From Anthoceros angustus (Eukaryota > Plantae > Anthocerotophyta), in the NCBI GenBank assembly GCA_010909165.1, contig MU008151.1, forward strand, positions 620,001 to 684,000: a stretch of DNA of 64,000 nucleotides, written 5' to 3'. Below the pieces are notes generated by a model. That model was not told the origin of the DNA and made no database searches. It saw only the letters and a list, made by a program, of their open reading frames with translations. This document shows positions 49,990-62,039 of this stretch, piece by piece (position 1 is the first letter of the stretch; each line of letters opens with the position of its first letter). A program made the position numbers and the translations under genes.

Positions 49990-50170
49990 TAGATAGTTGG
50001 CTCATCGATCTCAGGATGATCAGCCATTCCTGTGAGTTTGCATATTACAATTGGTATGGCTTGATTGTCCCTTTCACTAACTTGCTCAAGAAGGATGTAC
50101 AATTCTAGAAATGGATGCCTCATTGTGACAACATGTTGGACGTAAGCTTTGCGAAGAGCTAAAAGGTGAT
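49990..50170 (+). mobile_element. Short Gypsy RT thumb/connection fragment
   Basis: VPFTNLLKKDVQF*KWMPHCD resembles PLTxLLKKDxxFxW. Confidence 0.5.
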
Positions 50171-50179
50171 TTTCGGAGG

Positions 50180-51550
50180 AGGAGAGTACTGTGGCGCGAC
50201 CGCCAGCCACTGGCGCCAGACGTCCCGGTCGCTGTAGTAAGGGGTCCGTTCCCAAGAGAATGATAGGTTCCGTTTGGCACGTCTCAACCGATTCTCACCT
50301 CACCGTCGTGGCTGCTTCGACTCAGATCGCGCTACAAGGCCTCCGTTTACTACTAATCGCCTTAACGCCCGCCAACAAGAAGTCAGCCGGTCCAACCGAG
50401 GAAGTCGGAGGAACGTCATGGCGGGCAAGCCGGGCAATGAACCAAGCGAGGGAGTTGGAGCAGTGGAGCAACAGCCGACCGGAGGTGACCGAGGCACTGG
50501 CAGCGAGAAGCACCGGCCCGCCTATCAAACCCGGGCGGGAGGTGGAGCAACAAGCCGGGCAAGGCCTCCCGAGCACCTATGGCGGCGGGGAGACGGGTGC
50601 CCGGCAAGACGTGGAAGAGGCAATCCAACAAGTGGATTCGGACTTTGCCTATTACCACACCGAGCTCCCGGCTGAGGCCTCCGCCTCCGCAAGACGGACC
50701 TCGGAAGGCCTTGAGGGGAAGAAGGGCACGGGAAAGACAGGACCCTAGGGGCCCTGCTTTGGAGACGACGGCAAGGAGAAGAGCCCCAAGAGGAGGACGC
50801 AACGGACCCTGGTAAGTTCACCACCACCCGAGAAGGGGGTGACGGGCCCGAAGGGGTGCAGAGGAGGAGCCAACCCAACCAAGACAAGGTGGGTAAGGAG
50901 GAGGACCTAGCAAGACGAGGTCCACGGTAAGGGGTCCGGAGCTTGGGGACCGGACTGAATAAGTTCGACCGAGGTCCGAACTGCAGACGAGGCCGACCCA
51001 CCGGCCTGACTCAGAAATAAGCCGACCGGAGTTCAGCCCGAGTCGAGACCGACCTCGAGGTCCGGACCGGCAAGAAGGAGGAGCCCCTTCGACTTACGCT
51101 GGGGAGCAGCGGTGGCCCCACCGGAGGGGACCCATGGGAGGCTGTGAGGATGACGCAGGCGGCCGCCGACCGCCGCCAGAGCCCAACCCGGCTGTGATTC
51201 CGGGAGAGGAGGGTCTCCGCCGGATCATCCGATTGGGTGCGCCCGCAATCGCTGGACGGGAGATTGACCACCAATCCCAAGGCGGAACTCGGGACCTTCC
51301 CACACCGCGAAGGAGATAGGGGAGGAATAGGATGGTAGGCGTCGATTAGGCATACCGAAATGGCCATCACCGTAATTGTAATAAAGACGCCAACCGGGCG
51401 TAGTATAAGAGGGCCGCCCTCAATAAATCATCTTTCTCTTGGTGTTGATGCCGCTCTGCGACCTTGTGTGTCTTCTGCTAACGTGAGTCCCGAGTCACCG
51501 AAAGGTGCACGACTCCCGAGGGATTGATGTGGTCCCGTGACGACCTAACG
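50180..51550 (+). mobile_element. GC-rich LTR-like or 5' region of a retroelement
   Basis: Starts tgtggcgcg. Has a TATA-like gtataag (about 51402) and aataaa (about 51422), and no recognisable protein motif. No partner LTR found. Confidence 0.35.
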
Positions 51551-52949
51551 TTGTGGTGTGCGGTGGAAGGGGTGATCGGGACCCGTGCTCGTAGCCGCGC
51601 CGCCCAAATCGGACCGAACGGTGAGCCGGAGGGACTTCGGAGGGCGGAGCCTGGACGAGAGGCCCGTGAGAACGCGAGGAGGTCCGGACGGTAACCCGCC
51701 TTTCCTTAAGACCGATAAGTGTAGTGGAGAGGAGGACGAGAGGTGTGAGAGACGAACGTGAACGGAACGGACGCGAACGGTCTTAAACGCTTGGCCATAC
51801 CGGCCTGCGTGTTTGTCGCGGTAGTTAGACGTGAACTAAGGAGTGTGTGCGTTGGGACCGAACGGACGCAGTAAGACGAGAATCAACGCCAAACGGAGCT
51901 CGCTATTCCTTGGGAACGAACTCCTTCCTACAACGACACGGATTGTGCGCCGCCGTGGCAAAGAAAAGTCGCGCCACAATTACATATGGAGTCCTTGGGA
52001 CTCAGAGACTTCAGATATCTACTCTGAAGGTATTAAGCTTCTCTGACCTATGGGGGGGGAAGGTGGGGACCTAAGTCTCGATCTTCAAGCCTAGTATAAT
52101 TTAGGTTTCAGGATCTCACTTTGTCGTACATCTCTCCCACTTTTCCCATCTGTGAGCCCTGTGGCACACATCACAAACAAGATACCGGTGGGCCATGTGA
52201 CTCCGTATGCTTTCGTGTCACCACTAGTAAGAGGGAGCATGGATGAAGCGACAGGTTTTCTCACCTAATCTTGCGCCTTCTTTCCTTTGTCCTTATGTGG
52301 GAGCTGCAGTTTCTTCGTTTCCCGTTTCTTCCTTTATCACGTCTTCACTGGTAGTGGAGTCCTGATAGCCTCATGCCACCTTACTCTCATGCCTCTGAGA
52401 GGGTCTGCAATAGGCTTGTCTAGCAGCTCAGCGACAATCTCCTCCTCCTTCACTTCTGCTGTGCCTGATTCGCTTCTTGCACACTCTGTACAGTCACACT
52501 GGCCGCTATCTCTACCTCCCAGCCGCAGCTTCTCATGAAGTGCTGCAGATTGAAGGGCTTCCATTCCCTTGCTTTTGTGCGGCTACGCGTCTCAGATGTG
52601 CCCTACGCTTCCTCCTAGAGACCGCAATCCTAGTGCCCATCATCGCCTCGTTATGGGCGGTAGCGTGCCCCACTTCGCGTCGTCATCGACCCTTGCCGCT
52701 GGATTATGGCGCAGTACACAGCGATCAGAATAAAGACTATGGCAAGTAGCTGAGACGCGTTTGCCGCCGCCGCGTGCCTGCCAGGAACTAAGACCGATGA
52801 ACCTGCTCACGTGGACTATACTTCCCGTTTTCGCAAATGAATACTGCCTAGGTTATGTGGGAGTATGAAAAATATACATTAAGTATATGTGTAACCTAGG
52901 CGATGGGGTTCATTAGGTTTACACTATTTAAACTACAATTTACGTTTAT

Positions 52950-55600
52950 GTGTATGCTCACTTATTTTATTTTATCTAAGCATTCTCGCTTGCTTGCACT
53001 TGTTCATGACACCACATCATGTCAAGCTTTCTTGACTTAAATCCAAATACCGGTTTTCATAATAGGGAAAAGGTGGCGCTTATAGTTGAGATGGACTCCC
53101 CAAACGTGAGACAAAAGTGCTTTTGTAGGACCGGTAGGATATTACAGGAGATTCATCAAGGATTTTTATAAAAGGCACTATTACAATGACCAAGAAGGAT
53201 GTACCCTTTGAATGGACGAGTGCAAGACAGGAGGCTTTTCGTGAAGGACAAATTATGAGCGCACAACGCCATACCCGCCGACCGGAGAAACCGTTTCATG
53301 TATATGTGGATGTGTCCGCTTATGCCATTGGGACCGTCCTAAGCCAAAAGGACGAGAAGAAACGGATCATCCTATTTTCTATGCTAGATGCTCACGGATG
53401 TGAGAAGAACTACTCAACCACGGATGGTCTTGGAATCATTTACTTGTAAGAAGTTCGTGACACTATCCGCTTGCTTGCAAAGTGACGCTTCATGTTGACC
53501 ATTTCGTTGAAGTACTGTAAAATGCCGATTTGTCGAAGGATTGCCATGGGTACTACTGCTGCAAGAGTTTGATTATGACGGAAACTAGTTGTGTGGAAGA
53601 TCGACGCCGATTTTATTTCTCGTCCGAAACCGGAGAGCCTTGAGGCCAGATGACCGATTTCGACGAGGAGTTGGCTACGGTCAAGGGGAGGACGTGAGCA
53701 TGTTGTAGACGCCCTAAGAATTGATCAGCAAGTCTTGTTGCCAGCAGAAAGGCCAAATGAGCAAGAAGGGAGCGTTGTGCAGGGAAAGTTGCAGCGGGAC
53801 GGTCTGGAAATCCGAGAGAGGATAAGAGGGCGCCAACATGGGCCGAGGAGGAGGCTGAAATGCTCCTCAAGGGTGAGCAGTCAGGAGGGCTGCAAGTGGA
53901 GGCCACACGTCGGCAAAAGAAAGAAGCAAAAACGGACATGAGAGCACTGTTTTTGAGCGACAGGAAGGCCCCCACTTGGCAAGGTCAGAAGCCAGGCGCC
54001 ATGAGGCCGTGAGGAGGAGAAGGCCCTAGGGAGGTGGACACGCCAGAGGGCGAAGAAGGAGATGCGCTTCATGAAAAGTTTGAGCAGAAACTGCAGAAGG
54101 GAGAATTGGCCGATCTGTGGGCAATCACTCAAAATTCAACCATGGAGGTGCAGCAAGGCAAGGAGGTCGCCATGGGAGCACGAGCTGGACCTAGACACGA
54201 GGCTAGACCAGCAGGAATGGAAGAAATCCAGACGTTGTCGAAAGAAGAGCATGCGAACGGGCTGCAAGCTGAGGTACTTGCAGCAGGGACAAAGCCTGGA
54301 GAAAATGGATTTGAGGATGGATCCACGCCACCGGGCTACTAACGGAAGAATTAGCAGGAAGCGACGTGGCATACCTGGACGGAGGAGATTAGAACGTGAG
54401 GGGCGTTCATGCCCAAGATATCTGTTGAACGGTGAAGTACGCAAATTCCTAGAGCAGGGTATCATGCCTGATGGTTTGTCTAGGGAAGGGCGGGCTGTTT
54501 TTCTCCATAAAGCCGCACCCTATTGCCTAAGGGAAGGCATCCTATACAAGCTTGGGCCGGACGAGAAGATCCGACGATGTCTCGAGGTGAGGAGGAGGCG
54601 ACTGGCCACGAGGCATACATGCGTAAGAGGCGGACACTATTCTACAGTGACCGCAAAGAAGATTTTGAATGCAAGGTTCTGGTGGGCTACAATGCACAAG
54701 GATGTGTGGGAGTTCACTCGGAGGTGTGATGCGTGTCAGAGGGTTGGGCGACCTACATTGTCGACACAATGGCCGCTCACCTATATACTCCCGCTAGCAC
54801 CATTCGAGAAGTGGGGAATCGATTTCAGAGAATCGCATCACGCAATGGACAACAAGCGTGACATTGCTACGGATTATTGTACAAAGATGGTGGAAGCGGA
54901 AGCGACGAGGAAGGACGACGCACCAGCAGTAGCAAAGTTTCTCTTCGAGAACATCATAACGAGGTACGGGTGTCCTTTAGAGTTGGTCAGCGACCGGGGG
55001 ACACATTTCCTTAACTCTGTCGTTGAGTCCCTAACCACCTACTTGAACATCCACCATCGAAAGACGACCCCCTACAACCCCAAGGCGAACGGATTGACGG
55101 AGAAGACGAACGGGTTGCTATGCACAATCCTCACGAAGGTAACTGTAATGCACATGTATGATTGGGACGCTAAATTGCATTCAAGATCGGGCTTACAGGA
55201 CCGGAGAAGGTAACCACCAAGAAGACCCTTATTATCTAACGATGGCATGTCACCGTGATGCCGTGGAATTTGAAGTACCTACCACAGTGATCATGGAGGA
55301 TGAACGATGACCGAGAGACAGATAGCTAGACTAGAATCTTCATAGCAGAGGAATAGGGGAAGATGCTTTAGAGGAAACTCAGAATTCGAACTCGTAAAAG
55401 ATGTACATGATGGGAGGTAAGGAAGGTGAGGCTATCCGGGATTTAGTTCTTCTCACGATAGTCAGACCGACTTCCAGGAAGTGAGATGGATGGGACCTAT
55501 GAGGTGGCGTACGAGAATGGTCGCTGCAACTACGAGTATTGATGGAGAACATCACCGAATGAGGAAGGTTAAGAAGTACCTTCAACCCGAGATAGCTGTT
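52950..55600 (+). mobile_element. Ty3/Gypsy pol remnant (RT end, RNase H, integrase), non-chromovirus type
   Basis: KKDVPFEWT..QEAF, FHVYVDVSAYAIGTVLSQ..EKNYSTT (RH); GGHY..TAKKIL..FWW.TMHKDV..RCDACQR (HHCC); PFEKWGIDF, SDRGTHF and YNPKANGLTEKTN (INT core); WMGP near 55495. Confidence 0.9.
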
Positions 55601-56449
55601 TGCGGGACGCAAACAGTGAGGAGGAGTATGTGGAACGCAAAGTTTGGGCAACCAACAAAAGAGCCAAGAGACAAGTTTGATTTTTTTTGCTAAGATTAAA
55701 GAGGAGCGTGTTGCCAGAATTTTCCGAGAAGCTTGAAGTAGAGTTGTAGGATATTGTTAGGCAGAGAGGATATTGTTAGAGGCAAGAGATATCCTAGAAA
55801 GAACGGGTCAAACGACCCCAAAGCAGGCGTAAGGAAGCAGGTAAGGCAGGGTAGGTCACACTCGGAAAAGGAAATTAGAATAGGGGGATATCCACTATAT
55901 ATGCTCATCCAATAGGGAATAAATGAATAGGATTAATTAGAAGGGGATTTTATATATATAGATAAGGATAAATGGGAAATAGGTAGTTTAGTAATAGGAG
56001 GAATGATGAAAATAGACGTCAATGGGTCAAGCATAAGGTGAGAAGAGTGCGCCATCGCATCGCCGCCGCCACTCCATTCAAGAGAAGAGCGGCGAGAGAA
56101 CGTGAACGCAAGAGGAGGAAGCCCGCCAAGGAGCTGCCGGGAAGAGCGCCAAGCGCCGGAGGCGAGGCGAGAGCCGGCAAGGCTGGAGAGAAGCGCGACC
56201 GAGGAGGAAGGAGCGGAAGGAAAACGCGAGGCGAAGGAGAAGTGGAAAATCGCGAGGGAGAGCCGAGTGTGGTGGGCGAGGCCAAGGAAGCAAGGTAGGG
56301 CACGAGGATTGAGGCACCAAATTGGAAGGAAGGACAAGGAAGGCGTCACTCGCGTTGAAGAAAAAAGAGAAGAAGGAGAAGCAAGCTGTGGCTAACTAAG
56401 TGTGGTGAGTTGTTCCACCAACAGGAGAGTTGAGAGAAGTTGAAGAGCT

Positions 56450-57250
56450 TTAGATTGGGAAGTAATTTACCCCTAGCAACATTTGGGAAGAAGAACGCAC
56501 CATGCCTCGAGGTGAAAAGGCAAGGGAAGGCCGCCAAGGGTTCCTCCTAAAAGGAAGAAGGAAAGAAGGAAGGAGGTTGCGCCGTGAGGGGTGAAGCAGA
56601 TGCCCCAATTCACTTGTTTTGGGCGCCTCAACCCCGCGATTTGGTTGATTTCTGCAAGGCAAGAGGACAACATCCAATTGGGATGGGTGTATGGCCGCCA
56701 ATGGGCCTACACCAATTTGGAATTGATTGAGGAGTGTTACATCAACCTCCATCAATGCCGTTACAGAAAGGAATGCTCGAACGGATCCTCACTGGACCGT
56801 AAGCATTCGTGTATGGAGGGAGGAGGAGAGCTCGAATTTTCCCTCGAGGACGAATGGAGGAAGAGGATCCCCTCCAAATTCCGCAAGAGATCCTATGACA
56901 TGATGGACGAGGAGTGAAGGCCCATGCCAAGAATGGCTGGAAGATGATAGCATCAAGGAGTCAAGTGGATTTTGCAAAGATTGTGCTGAATTACCAAAGG
57001 ACTTTATTTCAAAGACCAACTTCCTCCGCTTTTGTGGAAGATTTCATGGGAGCCGATTGGGGACAATCATGTATGAGCATACATCCACCACGGAGAAGCC
57101 CTCAAGCCAAATTCGGATGAAGAAGGGCCAAGGCCATACCTCAGCACCTATTTGGTGCATTTATGGGAGATGAGACTCACAAGCAAGGAGCTTGAAGATG
57201 CGCATCCTTCGAGATCATCCACCTCCACCCAAGCTTGAAAGGCCTGCCTT
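56450..57250 (+). mobile_element. Extra ORF 3' of the integrase in the Gypsy element (frameshifted)
   Basis: WVYGRQWAYTNLELIEECYINL, KNGW..FAKIV, DWG and YLSTYLVHLWE; homologous to 24200-25270. Confidence 0.6.
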
Positions 57251-59506
57251 TGCATTGAGGAAGACCATGGAGGACAGACTCCACAAGCACACCTGCTAGA
57301 GAGGAATTGGAGGCAACAAGGTTGCCGAGTGGGAGGCCTTTTCCACAAGAGCAAGGAGGAGGAGAAGAGCAAGATTTGCCAAGGAGGCCAATGGTAGTCT
57401 ATGAGAAGAACTACACTCCAAGGGTGGGGAGTCCCCACCATTCATGGGTGCCTAGGGAAGAGGCACTCACCCCTAGAGGGAGGCGCCACCCAAGTGGCAG
57501 TGCATCACCGTGGCACCACCACTGGTAGGTAGGCGCATCACCGCTGGAGCACCACCACCAGAGGTGCACCACCATGAGGGTAGGAAGGGCAAAGAGAAGC
57601 GCTGAGGCGCCATGAGGCGCCGCCACATCACCCATTAGGTGGAGAGCGGATGGGCGACTGTGAGGGGACCCGCCGCCGATGGCCCGGGAGTGCAAGGGAG
57701 CCGGAGATTTCCAAAGAAGAGGGGTGGGCGAACCTTGGGAGAGGTGCTTGTGAAGCACTCACCGCGTGGATTTGAAGGGGCTAGAACTAGCAGCCTTGTG
57801 GCATGTCGAGGAAAGTCAAGGCCCAGATGACCGAGAGGAGAGCAGGACCAAATGGCACTGGAGGCCATGGAGTCCGACGAAGGCCAAGTTGGAGAAGGTC
57901 AGAGAAGCTCCACGACCTTGTGGATCAACGGCGAGAAGGTCCTGGAGGAAGGTTGTCACAACAGAGAGAGAGCCATTCGACAACCCAAAGGACTTGGAGG
58001 CGTATATGGAGGAGCATTTTGCCCAATTAGAGCAAGAATGGAAGGGCAAAACAGAGGCTCTAGGAAGGAGAAGGTGGCGGTCCAAAGAATGGACGCAGAG
58101 CAAGTGATGGCTACCCAAGCCATCAAGATCCGGATATGGAGGAAGAATTGAGGACCCGATAACTTGGAAGAGAAGCGAAGCTGGAGTCAAGGACCAAGAA
58201 TCGCAGGAGCTGCGAAGAGCGCTGGCAAGGAGAAGGAGGGGCTTGCCAACAAGCGGACCGAGCAAGGAGGTTCCAAGAGGAGGAGCACCACAAGAAGGTG
58301 GTGCACAGGATGCCGTGGAGAAGGAAGATTTTGGGCATTATGCCCTTCAAGCAAAATTAGCCAATCACCGAGGAAGCAAGGGAGGAAAACAACCTCCATG
58401 TGAAGGTGGGAGAATTGACCACCGCAAGGGACGCCTACAAGGTAGGTGGAGGATGGAGAGGGCCCACGGAGATTGATGATCTCCAAATGCAGATCACATT
58501 AGGGCTCACCTCCATAATAGATTTGAAGGCCAACAACGAGGTGTGGTTGGCCAAGAGGAGGACAATAGGGTCCTCATGATGATGATGGAAAGAGTTGCAA
58601 TAAACCGGAGGCCCTGACTTTGATGAGGGCCGAGGTAGTCCGCTGACACGTGAGGACAAAATACACTACGCCGGTAGTCCGCCAGACCACCGTGGTAGTG
58701 GCGCGTCTGATCAGAGTCGAGCCGCGAGGCCCCGGGCTGAGGATGAAGGAGCCGGGGTCCGTAGTATACCCCCGGAGGAGCAAACGAGGTGGTGGAGAGA
58801 CAACCCCACCTGAGGAGACTAAGGACGGGTCACCCGAGGAAGGGGAGGGTGAAATTCTCACCCCTGGACAAGGAAGAGCTGGCTGGAAGAGTCCAATGCA
58901 AAAAGGGCAAGAAGTTAGACATCTACCCGATTGGGGAGAAGACTTTGAGAATGCTCCAAGCAAGTATGGACAAACCAAAGGAAAGGAGCAAGGAGGATCT
59001 CCACCAGAGACATCACCGATGGAAAAGAAGAAGAAGGAGGAGAGGATCGACTACCATGGTGAGTCACTACCCCAGAGTCCGCACTACCGCGTAGGGTGCC
59101 TTGGTGAGCGTGACCAAAGGAGTCTGAAGAAAAGGGCTCGAGTGCGGAGGGAGCGAATGCCGGATGATGAGAACAGTGCTCACGGCCTGGGAGAGGGGCA
59201 ATTGTACTTGCCCCACACATTAGGAAGATGACAAGGACCGGGAAGGCAAGAGCAAAAGGAGGGCGAGGGAGCCAATCAACGAACGGGCCACTATCCCAAA
59301 GCAGATGAGGACTAGATATGGTCAAAGACCATAAATGTTAGATGAAGAATAGAAAGGACAGGATGTAGTCGACATCCTCCAAGGATGGTCTTAGGTGAAC
59401 TAGAATAGAATTTACCAAGAATCGAGACTTAGATGTGTCTTAAATGTCAAGGTAGGAAATAATAGAATATTGGAAAAGGTGACTGCAGGGGTCACCCGAG
59501 GGAGGT

Positions 59507-60367
59507 TGTATGGAAGGCCTCATAAGAGGGGAGGATTTCACAAAAGTATCATGTCTTGCGCCCATACTCCCGAGTCCTTTGCCTTGGTAAAGGAATTTCG
59601 TGTCACCGTGAGCCAACGCACTGTAGAGAGGAAGTCATGGTTTTGAGTGGGTGAGGCTTGCTCACCGCAAGCGCCTAAACGAGTTGCTCCTTGTGAATGG
59701 TTGCTGGAAATTGCTTTGCTTTGGGTGTGTGGCAATGCCTGGAGCTCTGGCCAGAGGATGATCCATGTGAAAGACTCGGAGGTGCTCACGACTGTCAAAC
59801 TCATAGCAACCGCCCAAGGAAGAACTTGTCGGTGAAGGCCGACCCTGTGCAGCCAGAAGGGCGAGTGAATCCAAGAAGCAAGTGAGGTTAGAATAGGAGG
59901 AAGAGGAGAGGATGAGTAGAGGATTAGAAGTGTAGGTGCTAGTGGAAGGCCACAAGCAGAGCCTAAGGGACGAATCCCAAATCTGCAAGTAAAAGGGCGC
60001 TCCCTGAGTGGAGAAGATTGGTCTTAGAAGTAGGGACGAAATTATGTGGATTAGGGGTCCCCGGCCCGTGATAGGCTCCTCGTCATAAGGTGACCTACAA
60101 TTGTGTGTGTGTCGTTGTAGGTCGAGGATTGGTGATTTTTAGGAGCAGTGCAAGTGGTGCAGCTGCTGTAAGAGGGAGAGTAGAGGGCGCCTTGCTTGTT
60201 AAGAAGGCTGAGAAATTGTGTCATTGCAGGTGGCGACCGGTCATCACAAGTCCTCGAACTTTCACAGGAGTCTCATGGGACGAAACCCAACGTACGAAGC
60301 GACAGTGGGATAAGTGTGGCCGCTAGAGTGGGAGAATCTCGGAAGCTCCGGGGTTTTCCCTACCACA
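59507..60367 (+). repeat. Gypsy LTR (about 860 bp) preceded by a PPT and followed by a PBS-like motif
   Basis: A purine tract gagggagg (59498-59505) precedes TGTATG at 59507, the LTR ends ..TACCACA at 60367, and TGGCGCC follows at 60372. An alternative start is at 59552. Confidence 0.55.
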
Positions 60368-60371
60368 TTTT

Positions 60372-61555
60372 TGGCGCCATGGATTCCTGCCAAGATGCTA
60401 GGAACGCCCTGGTCCAAGATTTTCGTGATAACCTTAGCAGATCAGGAAATGTGTGATAGGCACGTCCTTCCCTTATTGTAGTGACCAAAATATGTATAAA
60501 TGTGACGGCTTCATCGCCATCAGCAGGTTGAAGGACGCCCACGTGTCCTGCTCATTTTACACCGCTATCACGGACCAGCCTTCATCTTGGGACTGAGAAG
60601 GATACGAAGAAATTCGTGTCCCGAGTGCAAAGACACTAACTAGAATGCTACACCGGTCTTTACCATTCCATGCTCCTCATGCCCGGCTAGCATAAGTAGG
60701 GTGCGCTGTGGTTCTACCATATAATCAATCCCCGTAATCCCTTCAATCAAGTGTCGCATCGACTCCGATGCATCAGGCATCAAACCGCTCGATAGGGTCT
60801 TCTCACTTCTCCTTGTTCTACGATTCGCTTTGACAAAGAGAGACGTCTGCACTGCTGGTTTCAAGAAGCAAGTCCATTGGCGGTCTTGTGGTTGAGTGAT
60901 TTTACATCGCTTGTACATCGTCAGATGTATTTTCATCTTCCCGACTGTGCAAAGCGGAACAGATGTCCTCACTCAAATCGCCTCAGCCTTCATGTCACAA
61001 GAGACAAAACGGAATAGCGCTAGGCAGCAGCTTAGTGCCAAAGTCCCATCTCCGATATCGAATCGAGAAGATGAAGATTCCCTGCTATGCGGAATGTGGA
61101 TTGATAACGTAGCACAAACATGTGCCCTGATAGGTGGTAAGTTTGCATTCCAATGAGGAAGGGACGCCAACTTAGGCGTATGCAACGAGAGGGAAATTCA
61201 AGAGTCCACTTGATTAAATCCTGCAAACCAACCACCGCCTACTTCTTCTTAGACTCGGGAGCAGAACTACACCAGCGTTTCACATTTGTCAGCCGTTTCG
61301 CATTGACGTTGTATCATTGAACAGTTCAACGAATGACATCGTGCCCTACACCTTGGCAATTTACGTAACACATACAATATGCACAGGCCTTCCGACGATC
61401 ATAGCTTGCTGTAGAAGCCATTGAGTAATGACTAACACAAACTTGATCCGTATCTCAGAGATTTTAGGGTACCAACGCCTTGGGAAGAATAGCCAACCCG
61501 AGCTGGGACAAGCCGCCAAGAGATTTATCACCAGACGTGGGTTCCGTGAGATTCT
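60372..61555 (+). mobile_element. Highly degenerate Gypsy gag-protease remnant
   Basis: AYFFLDSGA aspartic-protease motif (about 61240-61262) and a weak ILG..P.W signature near 61470. Confidence 0.4.
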
Positions 61556-62008
61556 TGTCTTGACCAAGGGATCCATGGCCCAAGGCGCACACTGGTTGTG
61601 CCACTGAGGCAAGGTCGCCAGAGTGAGGTGGGGACATCTTTAGCCCAAAACATCAAGTGCCCCTCAGCAAATGGAATAACATGGGAAGATAGGATCTGTG
61701 TGGAGGGATTAGCCCAATGATCTAAGCAAGCTTGATTTTGTGTGGAGGGATTGAAGGATCGTGGGGCAGCCATGCTGGTGGAAAGAGGAGAGGAGAGGAG
61801 GAGGCAAGAGTAGCTCTCTCATTGAGATGAGGCTTGGAGGGTATTTATACCTCCAATAGGCTCCCTAGGAAGCTCCACAAGAAGCCCCTAGGAAGGAGCA
61901 CAAGAAGCTTCCTAGTGATTAGCTTAAGCTAAACTAATGATACTTAATCGACACCTAACTTAGACTAAGTGTATTAGTCTAAGTACATTGGGCTTTAATA
62001 CCCTTACA
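61556..62008 (-). repeat. 3' LTR of the Copia element (about 450 bp)
   Basis: On the minus strand the PPT aagtgggagg is followed by TGTAAG (62008), the end is ..CAAGACA (61556) and a tataaata occurs at about 61845. Confidence 0.7.
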
Positions 62009-62039
62009 ACCTCCCACTTAAAGGCCAATTTACCTTCAG

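Noticed and set aside
50191-51370. Multiple 100-185-aa ORFs on both strands
   Set aside because: GC-rich LTR-like DNA with few stop codons and no recognisable domain.
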